A stretch of 64,000 bases of DNA from a virus. Made by a program: the position numbers and the translations under genes. Every line of letters starts with the position of its first letter. Position 1 is the stretch's first letter. The notes beneath the pieces are model-generated. The model did not search any database. It was not told the DNA's origin and saw nothing but the letters and a program-made list of their open reading frames with translations. The stretch lies in IMG/VR virus record IMGVR_UViG_3300035698_016830, positions 29,237 to 93,236 of that record; one strand, written 5' to 3'. Positions 51,043 to 62,631 of this stretch are shown here, piece by piece.

Positions 51043-51728
51043 GAATTTTGTTTAAATATGCTACAAGGCAAAGGCCTCAGTGGTGTTTAAAAACGTTAGC
51101 AACATATTATAAGATGATATCAGGGAGGCATGATTGTTCCTTTGTTATGACAATTGATGCTGATGATGCAACTATGACCAATAATGCTATGCTATCACGT
51201 TTATCTATGTTTCCAGATTTAACTTTATTTTCAAGTGACCATGAAAATAAAATTGATGCAATAAATGATGATATCCCTGAAGATGGTTGGGATGTTTTGA
51301 TTATTGTAAGTGATGATATGGTGCCTGTTGTTGAGGGGTTTGATGATATCATTGCTAAGGATATGGAGAAGTACTTTCCTGCTTATGATGGCGCTTTGCA
51401 TTATAATGATGCTTTGTATGGAAAAAATAATACTATCACATATTCGATAATGGGCGTCAACCTGTATAAAACTATAGGGTATGCTTATCATCCTGATTAC
51501 AAAAGTATTTATTGTGATAATGAATTTACCGCAGTGGTAAGGAAAATGGATAGTTATAGGTACGTTGACAGAGTGCTTGTAGAGCATCAGTGGTGTGGGT
51601 TTGATTCTCCAGATGCATTGTGTAAAATCAATGATGCAAAAGGAAGAACGGATAGTGATACCTACAGAAAGCGTATGCAGGCTGGGTATCCGAAGAACTC
51701 AATTTTTGTGAAAGGGCCAGTAGTATGA
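51039..51728 (+). CDS. GT-A fold glycosyltransferase
   Basis: ILFKYATRQRP, KIDAIN, IIVSDDM, YCDNEF. Confidence 0.75.
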   Translation: MRILFKYATRQRPQWCLKTLATYYKMISGRHDCSFVMTIDADDATMTNNAMLSRLSMFPDLTLFSSDHENKIDAINDDIPEDGWDVLIIVSDDMVPVVEGFDDIIAKDMEKYFPAYDGALHYNDALYGKNNTITYSIMGVNLYKTIGYAYHPDYKSIYCDNEFTAVVRKMDSYRYVDRVLVEHQWCGFDSPDALCKINDAKGRTDSDTYRKRMQAGYPKNSIFVKGPVV

Positions 51729-52342
51729 AGATCTTAGAAAGTGTTTTGATTAAAAGATTTAAATGCGGTTATGAATTGCGGTCAGAATTGTGGAGTATCG
51801 CTTTAGGTGAGGAACCTACGAAAATGATAGCAGCCTATACACCTAGTGGTGATTATATTGGGAATAGTAAGGTTGCCTACAGGCTCGTAGTGAAGCGTGG
51901 TATTCAACCTCAAAAGGTAAGTAAGAACCATTGCGTATGCTCAATTGGATATTCAATTAAAGACGGTAAATGGTACGGATGGAGCCACAGGGCTATTTAT
52001 GGTTTTAAAATTGGTTCAACTTGTAAGTCAGGAGATTGTCATTACAGACCGAAAAACAAGCAAGATTTTCGTGAGGATTGCCGTAGATTTTGGACAGAAC
52101 CTTCACATCAGGATGTTAAGGCTGCTTATGTTAAAGATTGGAAGGAAGGTGATGGTAAAGCAGAGTCCGGTGTTTATACAAGTTGGGTTTATGCCGATAC
52201 TGTAAAAAATGAGAAGGTACGTGTTACTGTTTCTGGTGCATTCTCAGTATACCCAGAAGAGTTTGGTAAAGGTGCATGGACCGCTAAAACAACAGCAGAT
52301 GCAAAACAGATGGCAATAGATTTTGCTGATAATGTTTCGTAG
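51725..52342 (+). CDS. Hypothetical phage protein embedded among the glycosyltransferases
   Basis: CSIGYS..KWYGWSHRAIYGFKIG. Confidence 0.6.
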   Translation: MKILESVLIKRFKCGYELRSELWSIALGEEPTKMIAAYTPSGDYIGNSKVAYRLVVKRGIQPQKVSKNHCVCSIGYSIKDGKWYGWSHRAIYGFKIGSTCKSGDCHYRPKNKQDFREDCRRFWTEPSHQDVKAAYVKDWKEGDGKAESGVYTSWVYADTVKNEKVRVTVSGAFSVYPEEFGKGAWTAKTTADAKQMAIDFADNVS

Positions 52343-52357
52343 AGAAGGGTCAATAGT

Positions 52358-52930
52358 ATGAAACTAAGTATAATGATAACGGCTATCTCAAATCGCATTG
52401 AATTGTTCAGTGACTTACACAAAACATTAATAAAACAAGTTACACCTGAAGTTGAAATTTTAACAGCGTGTGACTATGAATCAACGGATACTGATAGGGT
52501 ATCTCGTGGTGGAGGAGCCAAGCGGAATAATCTTTTGAAAGCTGCTACTGGTGATTACGTAGTTTGGATTGATGACGATGACCTAGTGCCGGATTATTTT
52601 GTTGCAGAGATTCTAAAAGCAATTGAAAGTAAGCCTGATTGTGTTGGATACTGGAATGAGTGCCATTTAACCGAAGGAGGCAAAACTACTATTCGATTAG
52701 CAAAGCATTCCAATTCTGTAGATGAATGGGGTGAAGAAGATAAAATCTATTTAAGATCAATCACTTTCTTAAATCCTGTAAGACGTGATATCGCAATTAA
52801 GTTTCCATTTGATGGTACTTATACTGCTGATTATGAACAATCTAAACTGATGAAGCCCTATTTACATAAAGAAGTGTTTATTGATAAAGTTATGTATATT
52901 TACTATCCAGTTGGATCTAGACAATTATGA
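52358..52930 (+). CDS. GT2-family glycosyltransferase, paralog of 50497
   Basis: LSIMITA, GAKRNNLL.AATGDYVVWIDDDD, LNPVR. Confidence 0.85.
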   Translation: MKLSIMITAISNRIELFSDLHKTLIKQVTPEVEILTACDYESTDTDRVSRGGGAKRNNLLKAATGDYVVWIDDDDLVPDYFVAEILKAIESKPDCVGYWNECHLTEGGKTTIRLAKHSNSVDEWGEEDKIYLRSITFLNPVRRDIAIKFPFDGTYTADYEQSKLMKPYLHKEVFIDKVMYIYYPVGSRQL

Positions 52931-53205
52931 GTAAACTATGGCGTTGGTTTGGATTATCACATGCTTCATTTCTTACGCTTCCAAGAGTGCTTATGCACGC
53001 TATGCCTGAAGAGTGGCAAGATAAAATGACTGTCTTGCTAGAAGAATATGATAATACTTTTACAAATCAGCCAGACATAGGAACGCGGGTCCAAATAACT
53101 CAAAATGGTAAATTGGTAAAAACACCAGAATGGCTCATTAATTATAGACATCCTGATAAATTAACTATTGAAGAAGTAAAGAATAAGGAGATTGATGATG
53201 TTTAA
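52927..53205 (+). CDS. Conserved phage hypothetical protein
   Basis: WFGLSHASFLTLPRVLMHAMPEEWQ...NYRHP. Confidence 0.6.
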   Translation: MSKLWRWFGLSHASFLTLPRVLMHAMPEEWQDKMTVLLEEYDNTFTNQPDIGTRVQITQNGKLVKTPEWLINYRHPDKLTIEEVKNKEIDDV

Positions 53206-53426
53206 AGCCAATAAGGTTGTACTTGAATGTAAGGAAACTTCTGAATTCTTTTTCAGCACCCCATTGAACAGGGTGACTAAGGCTTTGTTTATTAAGCGTA
53301 TACATGCCCTACGTTCAGCTTTAAGCTTGTTTGAAACTGAGTTGAATACCTTGGCAGGGGTTAAGTGATGATAAGCATCTTGATAAATTAATGGTAAACG
53401 CAACAAAAGAATGAAAGGTATAATTA

Positions 53427-54023
53427 ATGTACAGTCAAGGTAATGAAGAGAAATGGGTATTGGATCATTTCGGCAGTCAGATAGGCTCATTTCTAGATAT
53501 TGGGGCTTATGATGGGAAGTGTATGAGCAATACCCATGAACTAGCTTTACGTGGTTGGCCTGGTGTCTGCGTAGAGCCGTCTCCCTCTGTGATTAAAGCC
53601 CTGTTGAACCTATATAGGGGTAACGCCAAGGTTCAGGTAATTAACACCGCTATAACCAAGGACAGTGGATTAATGGTTCTGCATGATGCCAATGGGGACC
53701 TAATCTCAACTTTAGATGACGCCCATAGAGATGTGTGGGCAAAGCAGGGCGTTCCCTATGCTGATGTATTAATAAAAACTACCACTATGCAAGAATTGCT
53801 CACACATTGTGGTCATGAATTCACTTTTATAAATCTTGATGTGGAAGGGATGAATTGGGAACTTTTTGTAGAGCTGCCTTTACAAAATCTTACAAAGTGC
53901 GCTGCTATGTGTATTGAGTTTGACGGTAAAACACCAGTGAAGGAAAATATGATAAAAAGAGCTGCTGAGCATGGCTATAAGATGACACAACAGAATGGTG
54001 AAAATATCTTTTTTGTGAGGTAG
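53427..54023 (+). CDS. FkbM-family methyltransferase
   Basis: FLDIGAYDG, GVCVEPSP, INLDVEG, CIE. Confidence 0.85.
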   Translation: MYSQGNEEKWVLDHFGSQIGSFLDIGAYDGKCMSNTHELALRGWPGVCVEPSPSVIKALLNLYRGNAKVQVINTAITKDSGLMVLHDANGDLISTLDDAHRDVWAKQGVPYADVLIKTTTMQELLTHCGHEFTFINLDVEGMNWELFVELPLQNLTKCAAMCIEFDGKTPVKENMIKRAAEHGYKMTQQNGENIFFVR

Positions 54024-54026
54024 AGA

Positions 54027-54734
54027 ATGAAAACAGCAATACTAAACTATATTACTCTTAATGCGTGGCACCCACACGGACAGAAACGATTAGGAGAATC
54101 ATTAAAAAGACAAGGTTTCACAGGGGACTATCTAATATACAATCCACATAGTCTTCCTTGCATCACGCATAGCGAAGTTCCTTATGCATTCAAATTCTTT
54201 GCTATACTAGATGCTATAAAAAAGGGGTATGACAGAGTCCTCTGGCTAGATGCGTCGTTCTGGGCAGTACTTAATCCAGATTTTTTGTTTGATCGTATAG
54301 GGGAGGTAGGAGTACTTGTACAGAACTCAAGTTATTTTATGGGGCAATGGTCTTCTGATGCTTCTTTAAAACACTTAGGTATTAGCAGAGAAGATGCTTG
54401 GAAAATAAAAATGTATTCTGGTGGATTCATGGGTTTCGATTTGAAGAATAGTAAGGTACTAGATTTTCTTGCTGCTGTGGATGTTCAGATACTTCAAAAA
54501 ATAGGATTTCAAGGAGCTTGGACAAATAAAAAGCAGGAAGTCTCAACAGACTCAGCAGTGCGTGGGCACAGACATGATATGGTGGTTGGTTCTATTCTTT
54601 TAGAAAGATCTGGATTTCCTATTCAGGCAGATAACACCCTGTTCTCTTATTATGGATGGTATGAGAAATACAAAAATGAGTTAGACCTTAAAAACGTAGC
54701 CTTTGTTTGTGAAGGTGGAATGAGAAAAATATGA
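54027..54734 (+). CDS. Nucleotide-diphospho-sugar transferase-like protein
   Basis: YAFKFFAI, VLWLDAS (DxD-like), HRHD. Confidence 0.65.
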   Translation: MKTAILNYITLNAWHPHGQKRLGESLKRQGFTGDYLIYNPHSLPCITHSEVPYAFKFFAILDAIKKGYDRVLWLDASFWAVLNPDFLFDRIGEVGVLVQNSSYFMGQWSSDASLKHLGISREDAWKIKMYSGGFMGFDLKNSKVLDFLAAVDVQILQKIGFQGAWTNKKQEVSTDSAVRGHRHDMVVGSILLERSGFPIQADNTLFSYYGWYEKYKNELDLKNVAFVCEGGMRKI

Positions 54735-54735
54735 T

Positions 54736-55461
54736 ATGGAAAAGTTCTTAAATAGGCATAAAAATAAGTTATGCTTCGTTCTTGGCTCGGGGCCATCGCT
54801 TCGTCATGTTGATGTTGAGATCTTAAAAAAGAATCTTGTCATTGTTGTCAATAGTGCTATTTTGAAGGCACCGTTTGCTCAGTATCTTTTCGGCTATGAT
54901 TTCGGCATGACTTTGCTCACTTCTTGGTTGACTTTAAAGGATTTAAAATGTGAACTTATTTTAAATAGAACAGTTGGCCAATGGAGTGGGTATGATCATG
55001 CCACAGGTTTAGTCGCGATGAAAGATATTGAGAAAGAAAGAATAACTTATTTCGAAGTAGAGGGGAAAACAGAATGTAAATTAGAACAGAACCCAAAGAA
55101 GCTTTTGATACTCCCTTCTTCTGTTCATGGGGCAGTGCATCTCGCTTATATCATGGGGTGCTCGCCCATAGTCTTGTTAGGCTGTGATTGTCAGTATGAA
55201 GATTCTAAGAGATATTTTACTGAGTTTAAAGGTCAGCCAGTGAATGGATTTATTAGACCTGAGTTTAAAAAACTCAGACCAGAAGTAACGACTAGGGTGT
55301 CATCTGGGGATGGATATTTAGGGGCTATAATAAATATGTGGTCTAAGATAAGAAATAACAATAAGGAAATTAATATCATAAACGCCTCTGGAGGCATTTT
55401 AGGTGCGTTCCCTAGAAAATCAGTGAAGGAAATTATAAAGGCCTATGATGCAAAAGTATGA
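54736..55461 (+). CDS. DUF115/Maf-like protein, candidate CMP-nonulosonate transferase
   Basis: CFVLGSGPSL, VNSA, AVHLAYIMGCSPIVLLGCD, INASGG. Confidence 0.7.
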   Translation: MEKFLNRHKNKLCFVLGSGPSLRHVDVEILKKNLVIVVNSAILKAPFAQYLFGYDFGMTLLTSWLTLKDLKCELILNRTVGQWSGYDHATGLVAMKDIEKERITYFEVEGKTECKLEQNPKKLLILPSSVHGAVHLAYIMGCSPIVLLGCDCQYEDSKRYFTEFKGQPVNGFIRPEFKKLRPEVTTRVSSGDGYLGAIINMWSKIRNNNKEINIINASGGILGAFPRKSVKEIIKAYDAKV

Positions 55462-56353
55462 GAATGGTAATAAAAAGGTTTGTAAAAGGGTATCATGCTA
55501 TCTTTGTGGATGTAAAGATGTTATTCAAATTGCAGATAAAGTAAGGGACAGAAATGATATAGCAGTTTTGAAATGCAAGAAGTGTGGGTTGGTTTTCCTT
55601 TCTTCATTTGATCATATTACAGAAAATTTTTATAAAGAATCAAATATGCATAAGAACAAAAATTCATTTGAATTAGCATAATGGATAAATGCAACAAAAA
55701 TAGATGATGATAAGAGGATCGATAGGCTTAAACAAAATCTTAAAGGAAAATGTTTATTAGATTTTGGAACAGGAAATTGTGGTTTTCTTTTTAAAGCGAG
55801 TGTTTACGCTAAACAAACAGTAGGTATCGAAGTAGAGGCAAAAGTAAAATCAGCTCTATCAAAAAAACTTAAGAAACATAACATAGCATTATATGAAGAT
55901 ATTTCTGAAATAAGTTCAATGAAATTTGATATTATAACTTTGTTCCATGTGATTGAGCATTTGCCAAGACCTAAAGTACTCCTAGCAAAGCTTAAAAACT
56001 TGCTTACAAAAAATGGCAAGATTATTATAGAGACCCCAAATTCTGATGATGCTTTAATTAGTTTGTATAAAAATAAATCATTTATGGATTCTACATTTTG
56101 GAGTTGTCATTTATTTTTATTCAACCAAAAGACTTTAGAAGAAACGGCAAAACAATCTGGATTGCAATTAGATAGTATTACGCAAATTCAAAGGTACCCT
56201 TTAGCTAACCATTTACATTGGCTAGCTAAAAGTAAACCAAACGGACACCAAGAATGGGCTTTTCTTGATTCAAAGAAAATAAACGCTTTATATGAGAAAC
56301 AATTAAGATTATTGGGTATGTGTGATACCTTAACAGGAACTTTTTGTATTTAA
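55445..56353 (+). pseudogene. Zn-ribbon class I SAM methyltransferase interrupted by an in-frame TAA (55679)
   Basis: CYLC..CKKCGLVF; the same frame continues with LLDFGTG, FHVIEHL and IETPN. Confidence 0.8.
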
Positions 56354-56371
56354 GAAGTGTGAAGGAGTCTG

Positions 56372-57788
56372 ATGGTACAGACCAAAAATGTATTATTGAT
56401 TGTCCATGACTTATACCAAGATGATTTGTGGTTCCCTTTAGGTACAGGGTATATTGCCGCGTCATTGCAAAAAGCAGGTGTTAATGTAGTTGTTTGTAGT
56501 TAAGACGTTTATCACTACACCGACCAAGAAATGATAAATAAGTATTTGAATGTAGAGTATGATTTTATTGCTTTAGGGTTTTTAGCTGCAAGATTTAAAG
56601 AAACAGTAGTTCCACTTTGTAAGTTAATTACTAAGTATAAAGGTAAAGCGAAGTTGATATTGGGTGGCCATGGTTCATCTGCTGTTCCACTATATATGCT
56701 AAAAAAAACTAAATGCTGATATTATTGTTATAAGTGAAGCTGAGCAATCCATAGTTGAGATAATGCAGGAACAAAATTTATCTACTATATGTAATATAGC
56801 TTATGTGGATAAAAATGGTAATTCACATATTAATGCTTCAAGTAAACCTAGCAACATCGATGCAATACCTTACCCGCTTTGGGATGCATTCCCAATGGAG
56901 AGTTATGCTTTAAGCACTATAGGAATAAATCAGAGTAATAATAGTAGAGGAATGCAACTAATTTCAAGTAGAGGCTGCATAAATAAATGTACTTTTTGCC
57001 ACAGAATAGGAAAGGGAGAAAGATTCAGAAAGGTATTCAATGTAGTTAGTGAAATGAAATATCTTTATGATTTTTATAATGTGACATATTTCACATTTTT
57101 AGACGAGCTATTAATAGTATCTTTGGACAGGCTTAAAGAATTTGCGCGTTGTCTTGAATTATTTGATTTACTAGGTAAAATTAAATTCAATGCTGGTGGT
57201 ATTAGATCAAATGTAGTGACTGATGAAATAGCTTCCTTATTTGAGCATATAGGTTGTCAATATATGACTATTGGTTTCGAATCGATGTCTGAAGATGTAT
57301 TAAAGAAGATGAGAAAAAATGTAACTCCTGAGGATAATATCAGATGTTTAGAAATTTTACGTAAGCATAAAATCCATGTTGGTATAAATTTTATCTGGGG
57401 TATGCCTGGTGATACGGAAAAAACATTAAGACAGAATGCAGACACTTTAAAAAAATACAATACGTATGGTGAGTTGAGGACTATAAGGCCAGTTACACCA
57501 TATCCAGGCAGTGAGTTATTTACAATAGCTGTTGAGCAAGGTATGTTATTAGGCCCTGATGATTTTTTTAATAAGTTTAATAATTCAGATTTGATATCCG
57601 TTAATTTTATAGATCTACCTATTGAGAAAATGTATGAATGTCTATTTGAGATTAACAGTGAGTTGATAATTGATCACCATGAACATATTGGTGGCAATCC
57701 TGAGGAAGATATAAAACATCTATACGATCTGTACTTCAATGATTTTACAAGTTTTCGTGGATTTCGAAAGTATGAAAGGAAAGAATAG
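56372..57788 (+). pseudogene. B12-binding radical SAM enzyme with an in-frame TAA (56501) and a +1 frameshift at A8 (56701-56708)
   Basis: FPLGTGYIAA, LILGGH, then SSRGCINKCTFC and IGFES, IRPVTPYPGSEL. Confidence 0.8.
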
Positions 57789-57790
57789 CT

Positions 57791-58528
57791 ATGAACGATT
57801 TATTTTCTGTTGAAGGTAAAAATGTTTTGATCACTGGTGGGTCTGGTGGTATAGGATCAGAGCTTGTAAATGGATTCATAAAAGCAGGTGCCCATGTAGT
57901 ATCATTCGACAAAGTTCCATCTACAACCAACTGTGAGCAGCACGTGCTTATTGACTTGTCGAATAAACAAGACATTGAGCAAGTATTCGCTGAATACATT
58001 GAGCTGCATGATAGAATAGATGTATTAATAAACTGTGCAGCTGTTACAATTCCAAATGTGAGTGTAATGTACCCACTTGAATCCTGGGATAGTACAATGA
58101 ATGTGACTCTTAATTCAGTATTCTATATGTGTAGATTGACAGGCTTACAGATGCGAAAGCAAGGCACTGGTGGTTCTATTATCAACTTCACGAGTATCAA
58201 CGCTGCCCAAGCTATGCCTCATAATCCAGCATATGCAGCTGCTAAAGCAGGTGTGAGGCATTTGACAAAATCTTTTGCTTATGACTTTGGAAAATATAAT
58301 ATCAGAGTAAATAATATTGGTCCAGGGTATACAAAAACAAAAATGAATACCAAAAGTTTGTCTGACCCAGCTGCCTACCAATTACGTGCTGATAATAGCA
58401 TGTTGGGTCGATGGGCTAATCCAATAGAAATGGTGGGACCGGCAATTTTTCTTGCGTCTGATGCATCAAGTTTTGTCACTGGCACTGATTTATGGGTTGA
58501 TGGTGGTTGGCTTTCAAAAGGAATGTGA
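57791..58528 (+). CDS. Short-chain dehydrogenase/reductase
   Basis: TGGSGGIG, INCAA, YAAAK, VNNIGPG, VDGG. Confidence 0.92.
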   Translation: MNDLFSVEGKNVLITGGSGGIGSELVNGFIKAGAHVVSFDKVPSTTNCEQHVLIDLSNKQDIEQVFAEYIELHDRIDVLINCAAVTIPNVSVMYPLESWDSTMNVTLNSVFYMCRLTGLQMRKQGTGGSIINFTSINAAQAMPHNPAYAAAKAGVRHLTKSFAYDFGKYNIRVNNIGPGYTKTKMNTKSLSDPAAYQLRADNSMLGRWANPIEMVGPAIFLASDASSFVTGTDLWVDGGWLSKGM

Positions 58529-58529
58529 T

Positions 58530-59207
58530 ATGAGTTTAATTTGTGCCGTAATACCTGCTAGGTGTGGTTCAAAATCTATTAAAGATAAGAACATACAATT
58601 ACTTGGTGGAAAGCCCTTATTAGTCTATAGTATTGAAACAGCTATTCATAGTATTTTTATAGGTAGGATTATAGTTTCAACTGATTCTGAAGAGTATGCA
58701 GCTATAGCTTCTAAATGGGGGGCTGAAGTGGTGGTAAGGCCTAAAGAGCTATCACAAGATAACAGTTGTGATGTTGATTGGGTGTTGCATTTGTTATCTC
58801 AATTAAAGGAAAAACCAAAGTACCTAGTTCATCTAAGGCCAACATCTCCTCTCAGGCAATCTTTTATTGTAAATAATGCTATTAGGTGTATTAATAATCA
58901 TCCAGAAGCATCGGCTCTAAGATCAGTAACACCACAAGCTCAATCTGCTTATAAGCATTTTGAAATTGATGGATCCTATTTAAAATCGGTAGGTTCTGGT
59001 TCTTTTAACCTTGATGAAGCAAATAAACCTAGACACCTGTATCCAACTACCTATGATGCCAATGGGTATGTTGATATTTTGAAAACAGCGTATGTATTAA
59101 AAAATAATAGAATTCATGGTGATAAAGTAATCCCGTTTATGGTACCAAGAATAACGGACATTGATACGCAAGAGGATTTAGATTATGCAAGATTTGAAGC
59201 AAGGTAG
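58530..59207 (+). CDS. neuA: CMP-nonulosonic acid synthetase (cytidylyltransferase)
   Basis: VIPARCGSKSIKDKN, VSTD, RP.EL..D, LRPTSPLR, DIDTQED. Confidence 0.88.
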   Translation: MSLICAVIPARCGSKSIKDKNIQLLGGKPLLVYSIETAIHSIFIGRIIVSTDSEEYAAIASKWGAEVVVRPKELSQDNSCDVDWVLHLLSQLKEKPKYLVHLRPTSPLRQSFIVNNAIRCINNHPEASALRSVTPQAQSAYKHFEIDGSYLKSVGSGSFNLDEANKPRHLYPTTYDANGYVDILKTAYVLKNNRIHGDKVIPFMVPRITDIDTQEDLDYARFEAR

Positions 59208-60465
59208 AACAAAGGTCCTACTGGTATCTTTTTATAACAAGGAAGCCTATGGAATGAGAATATTGCATTCCATGCTTGCTGATAAATATGATGCTAAAAT
59301 GCTATACGTAGAAGAAAACAATACGCAATTAATAATTGAATTGTTAAATAGTTTCAAGCCTGATGTTCTTTGCTTTAGTTTAGTTTCATCTAATTTTATG
59401 CTATACAAAAAATTGTATAAGCAAATACGAAAAATAGGTATTTTCAAAATAATTTTAGGTGGCTGGCAGCCAACTTTGAACCCTGATAAATGTTTGCCTT
59501 ATTGTGATGCTTTGTGTCGAGGTGAGGGTGAGAACGTAATTTTAAAAATAATGGAAGACTTCAAGTGTGATACATTGAAAAAAGTTTACATGGAGGGCTT
59601 AAAACCACTAGATTACCCTATTTTTAAATTTGATAACCAATATTCATTTATTCTAGAAAAAGGAAAGTTAGAACAAAAGGAACCTTATTTTGAAAACGAA
59701 CGATATGGAACTATGATAGGCAGAGGTTGTCCGTAGCGATGCACCTATTGTTCAAATAATTATATGCATGAGCTATACCCTACTTGGAATAAAACCAGAT
59801 TTAGAAATATTGATAGAGTTATAGATGAGCTGAAACTAGTAAAAGAAAAATTAAGTAAGGTACAAAGAATCAATTTTTATGATGAAGTATTTATACCTGG
59901 AAAATGGATAAATGAATTTGTGTCTAAGTATAAAAAGGAAGTTGCTTTACCGTTCTATTGTATGTTTTATCCAGGCACCTGTAATGAGGAGACAGCGGAA
60001 AAATTAGTTGAAGCTGGCCTAATTGGCGTATGGATGGGCGTACAATCTGGATCTGAACGAGAAAGAAAGAAAGTCTTTAAAAGGTATTACACTAATAGTA
60101 CTCTCCAAAACCAAATAAGAATATTTCGAAAATGTGGTATTTCTATAAAGTATGATTTCATTTTTGATAGCCCTTTTGCAACCGAAGATGATTTTATAGA
60201 GACTATTAAGTTAATAAGGGGACTTCCTAAGCCTTTTTTGATAAATATGTTCTCTTTAAAATACTTTCCCAATACTGAGATCACTGAGATGGCTTTTGAG
60301 GCAGGGCTAATACAGAAAACAAATGATGAGCTAGATGTCGATTGTCCAGATTTTATGTTAGATGTAAAAAAACAGGAAGAAATAATGAAATTAGTAAATG
60401 AATCTTCTATAAATATTTCAAAATGCAAAGAATATTTTAAAGGAACACAATGTCAAATTACTTAG
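59185..60465 (+). pseudogene. B12-binding radical SAM enzyme with an in-frame TAG (59734) inside the CxxxCxxC motif
   Basis: GRGCP*RCTYC; ORFs 59185 and 59764 share one frame; GVQSGSE, KYFPNTE. Confidence 0.85.
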
Positions 60466-61115
60466 AAACAATTTACTTTCGTAATGAACAAGGTGAGTAT
60501 GATTACCCACAGCAGTTGTGTGATTACCTGGTAAAACGATACAAGCTTAGTGGTCGCCTTCTTGATGTTGGATGTGGTAAGGGTAACCATTTGGTTGCAT
60601 TTAATCGAAGATTCTTACATACTGAGGGTATTGATTCTAGGCCAATAACATCAGAAATATCAAAGTGTGATTTAGAAAAAGAGGAGTTCCCAGAACTAGA
60701 AAATGACTTTGATGTTGTATTTTCAAAATCAGTAATTGAGCATGTCAATAATGCTGATAATATTATATCTGAGATTAAGAGGGTATTGAAACCTGGTGGC
60801 AGGGTCATCCTATTGACTCCTGATTGGAATACTACGCATGAGGTTTTTTGGGACGACTACACACATGTAAAGCCATGGACAAGAAAGTCTTTGCAAGACG
60901 CTTTGATGATCCATGGCTTTACTGAAGTGAAGAGTGAGTTATTTAGACAGCTTCCTTTAGTATGGAAATACCCAAAATTAAATTATATATGTGATTTAAT
61001 TAGTTTGTTGCCACATTCGTTTAAATGGAAGGATAGGGAAGAAAAAGAGTTTAGAACTTGGGTGAGGTTTTCAAAAGAAAAAATGATATTAGCTACAGGA
61101 ACTAAACCATGCTAA
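60450..61115 (+). CDS. Class I SAM methyltransferase
   Basis: LLDVGCGKG, FSKSVIEH, LKPGG, DDYTH. Confidence 0.88.
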   Translation: MSNYLETIYFRNEQGEYDYPQQLCDYLVKRYKLSGRLLDVGCGKGNHLVAFNRRFLHTEGIDSRPITSEISKCDLEKEEFPELENDFDVVFSKSVIEHVNNADNIISEIKRVLKPGGRVILLTPDWNTTHEVFWDDYTHVKPWTRKSLQDALMIHGFTEVKSELFRQLPLVWKYPKLNYICDLISLLPHSFKWKDREEKEFRTWVRFSKEKMILATGTKPC

Positions 61116-61199
61116 AGCATATTGAAATTATAGACTAGGTCTATTGCCTTAGAGCATTGTAATAGAAATTGTTGAAATACCAATGAAAGGTAAAAAGTA

Positions 61200-62021
61200 A
61201 TGATGATCGTAGCTGAAATAGGAATCAATCATAATGGTGACATCGATATTGCAAAGAAAATGATTGACGTAGCAGCGAATGCAGGATGTGATGCAGTGAA
61301 ATTTCAAAAGCGGACTATTGATCTAGTCTATACAGAAGAGGAATTAGACAAGCTTAGAGAATCACCGTGGGGCTATACAAATAGGGCGCAAAAGGAAGGC
61401 CTTGAATTTATTGAAACAGATTATTGTGCAATTAATAAGTATGTTAAAGAACTGGGAATGACCTGGTTTGCATCTCCTTGGGATATTGAATCTGTAGAAT
61501 TTCTAAACAGATTTGATAATGATTATATTAAAGTTGCCTCGGCGTCGGTTACAGATTTAAAATTACTACAAGCCATTAAAGCAACTGGTAAGAAAAGTAT
61601 TCTTTCAACTGGCATGTCTACGCAATGCGAAGTTGGTTTTGCTGTTGATGTTTTGGGCAAAAACTTGGAGTATATTCTTGCATGCACTTCAACATATCCA
61701 ACAAAACCTGAAGAAATAAATTTGAGTTTTATCCGTACTCTTAAAGATGAATTTCCAAATATTAAAGTTGGTTTTTCAAACCACAGCCCAAGTATAGCTT
61801 TTTGTAGGGCTGCTTCTGTTTTAGGTGCTGATATGATTGAGTTCCATTTAACATTGGATCGCTCAATGTATGGATCTGACCAATCAGCCAGTATTGAACC
61901 TTATGGAGCAGAACTAATTGTAAAAAATGCAAAAGTGATACAAAAAGCGCTGGGTGATGGAAAATGGACTGTATACCCTTCTGAAGAAGAAATTAAGAAG
62001 AAATTGAGGAAAACTGTATAA
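61200..62021 (+). CDS. neuB: Nonulosonate (N-acetylneuraminate/KDN-type) synthase, short form without the C-terminal AFP-like domain
   Basis: AEIGINHNGD, DAVKFQKR, KVASAS, ILSTGMS, ACTSTYP, GFSNHS, IEFHLTLDR, GSDQSASIEP. Confidence 0.93.
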   Translation: MMIVAEIGINHNGDIDIAKKMIDVAANAGCDAVKFQKRTIDLVYTEEELDKLRESPWGYTNRAQKEGLEFIETDYCAINKYVKELGMTWFASPWDIESVEFLNRFDNDYIKVASASVTDLKLLQAIKATGKKSILSTGMSTQCEVGFAVDVLGKNLEYILACTSTYPTKPEEINLSFIRTLKDEFPNIKVGFSNHSPSIAFCRAASVLGADMIEFHLTLDRSMYGSDQSASIEPYGAELIVKNAKVIQKALGDGKWTVYPSEEEIKKKLRKTV

Positions 62022-62229
62022 CCAATAGACAAGATTACTTTAAAGAAGGAATAGAAAATGGCTAATGATTTTGATCCTAAGATGTTGGTGGAGCATATTG
62101 ATTCTTTTGGAAAACATCTTAATGATTTTGAAATTAAGTTTATTGCTGATTTGTTGGATCACCCACCAAGATTGTATTCCGATCCACAAATAAAAGTTAT
62201 TGAACGAATTTATGAGGAGAAATGTTAGT

Positions 62230-62631
62230 ATGATACGTCATATAGGAATAGTAACTACAGATGTAAAAGAGTCAATGGAGTTCTATGCTATATTCGGTTT
62301 CAAGCTCCAAGCTACAAAGCATGAGAATACATCTTTTATTGATAGAATATCACGTTTGAAGGATAGTGGACTCTTGACACTTAGGCTTGTTAATGATGAT
62401 GGTGAGATGATTGAGCTGCTAGATTATGGTAAAGATACTCAAGGAAGGCATTCTTCTTTGTTTGAAATCGGTCTTGCCCACCTATCATTTACAATTTCAA
62501 GTTTTGCTGACTATGATGAGTGCGACCTTGTGCTTGTTACTCCTCCTACCATTGATCCAGAAGGGAAAGCTAAAGTGGCTTTCTGCGTATCACCTGAAGG
62601 TACTTTTATTGAACTAGTGGAGATGATCTGA
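62230..62631 (+). CDS. VOC/glyoxalase-family protein
   Basis: IRHIGIV, IELL, HLSF, SPEGTFIELVE. Confidence 0.8.
   Translation: MIRHIGIVTTDVKESMEFYAIFGFKLQATKHENTSFIDRISRLKDSGLLTLRLVNDDGEMIELLDYGKDTQGRHSSLFEIGLAHLSFTISSFADYDECDLVLVTPPTIDPEGKAKVAFCVSPEGTFIELVEMI

Noticed and set aside
37544-59736. Stop-codon reassignment (in-frame TAG and TAA inside genes)
   Set aside because: Only four cases, of two different codons, while TAG, TAA and TGA all end intact genes normally and long core genes are uninterrupted.
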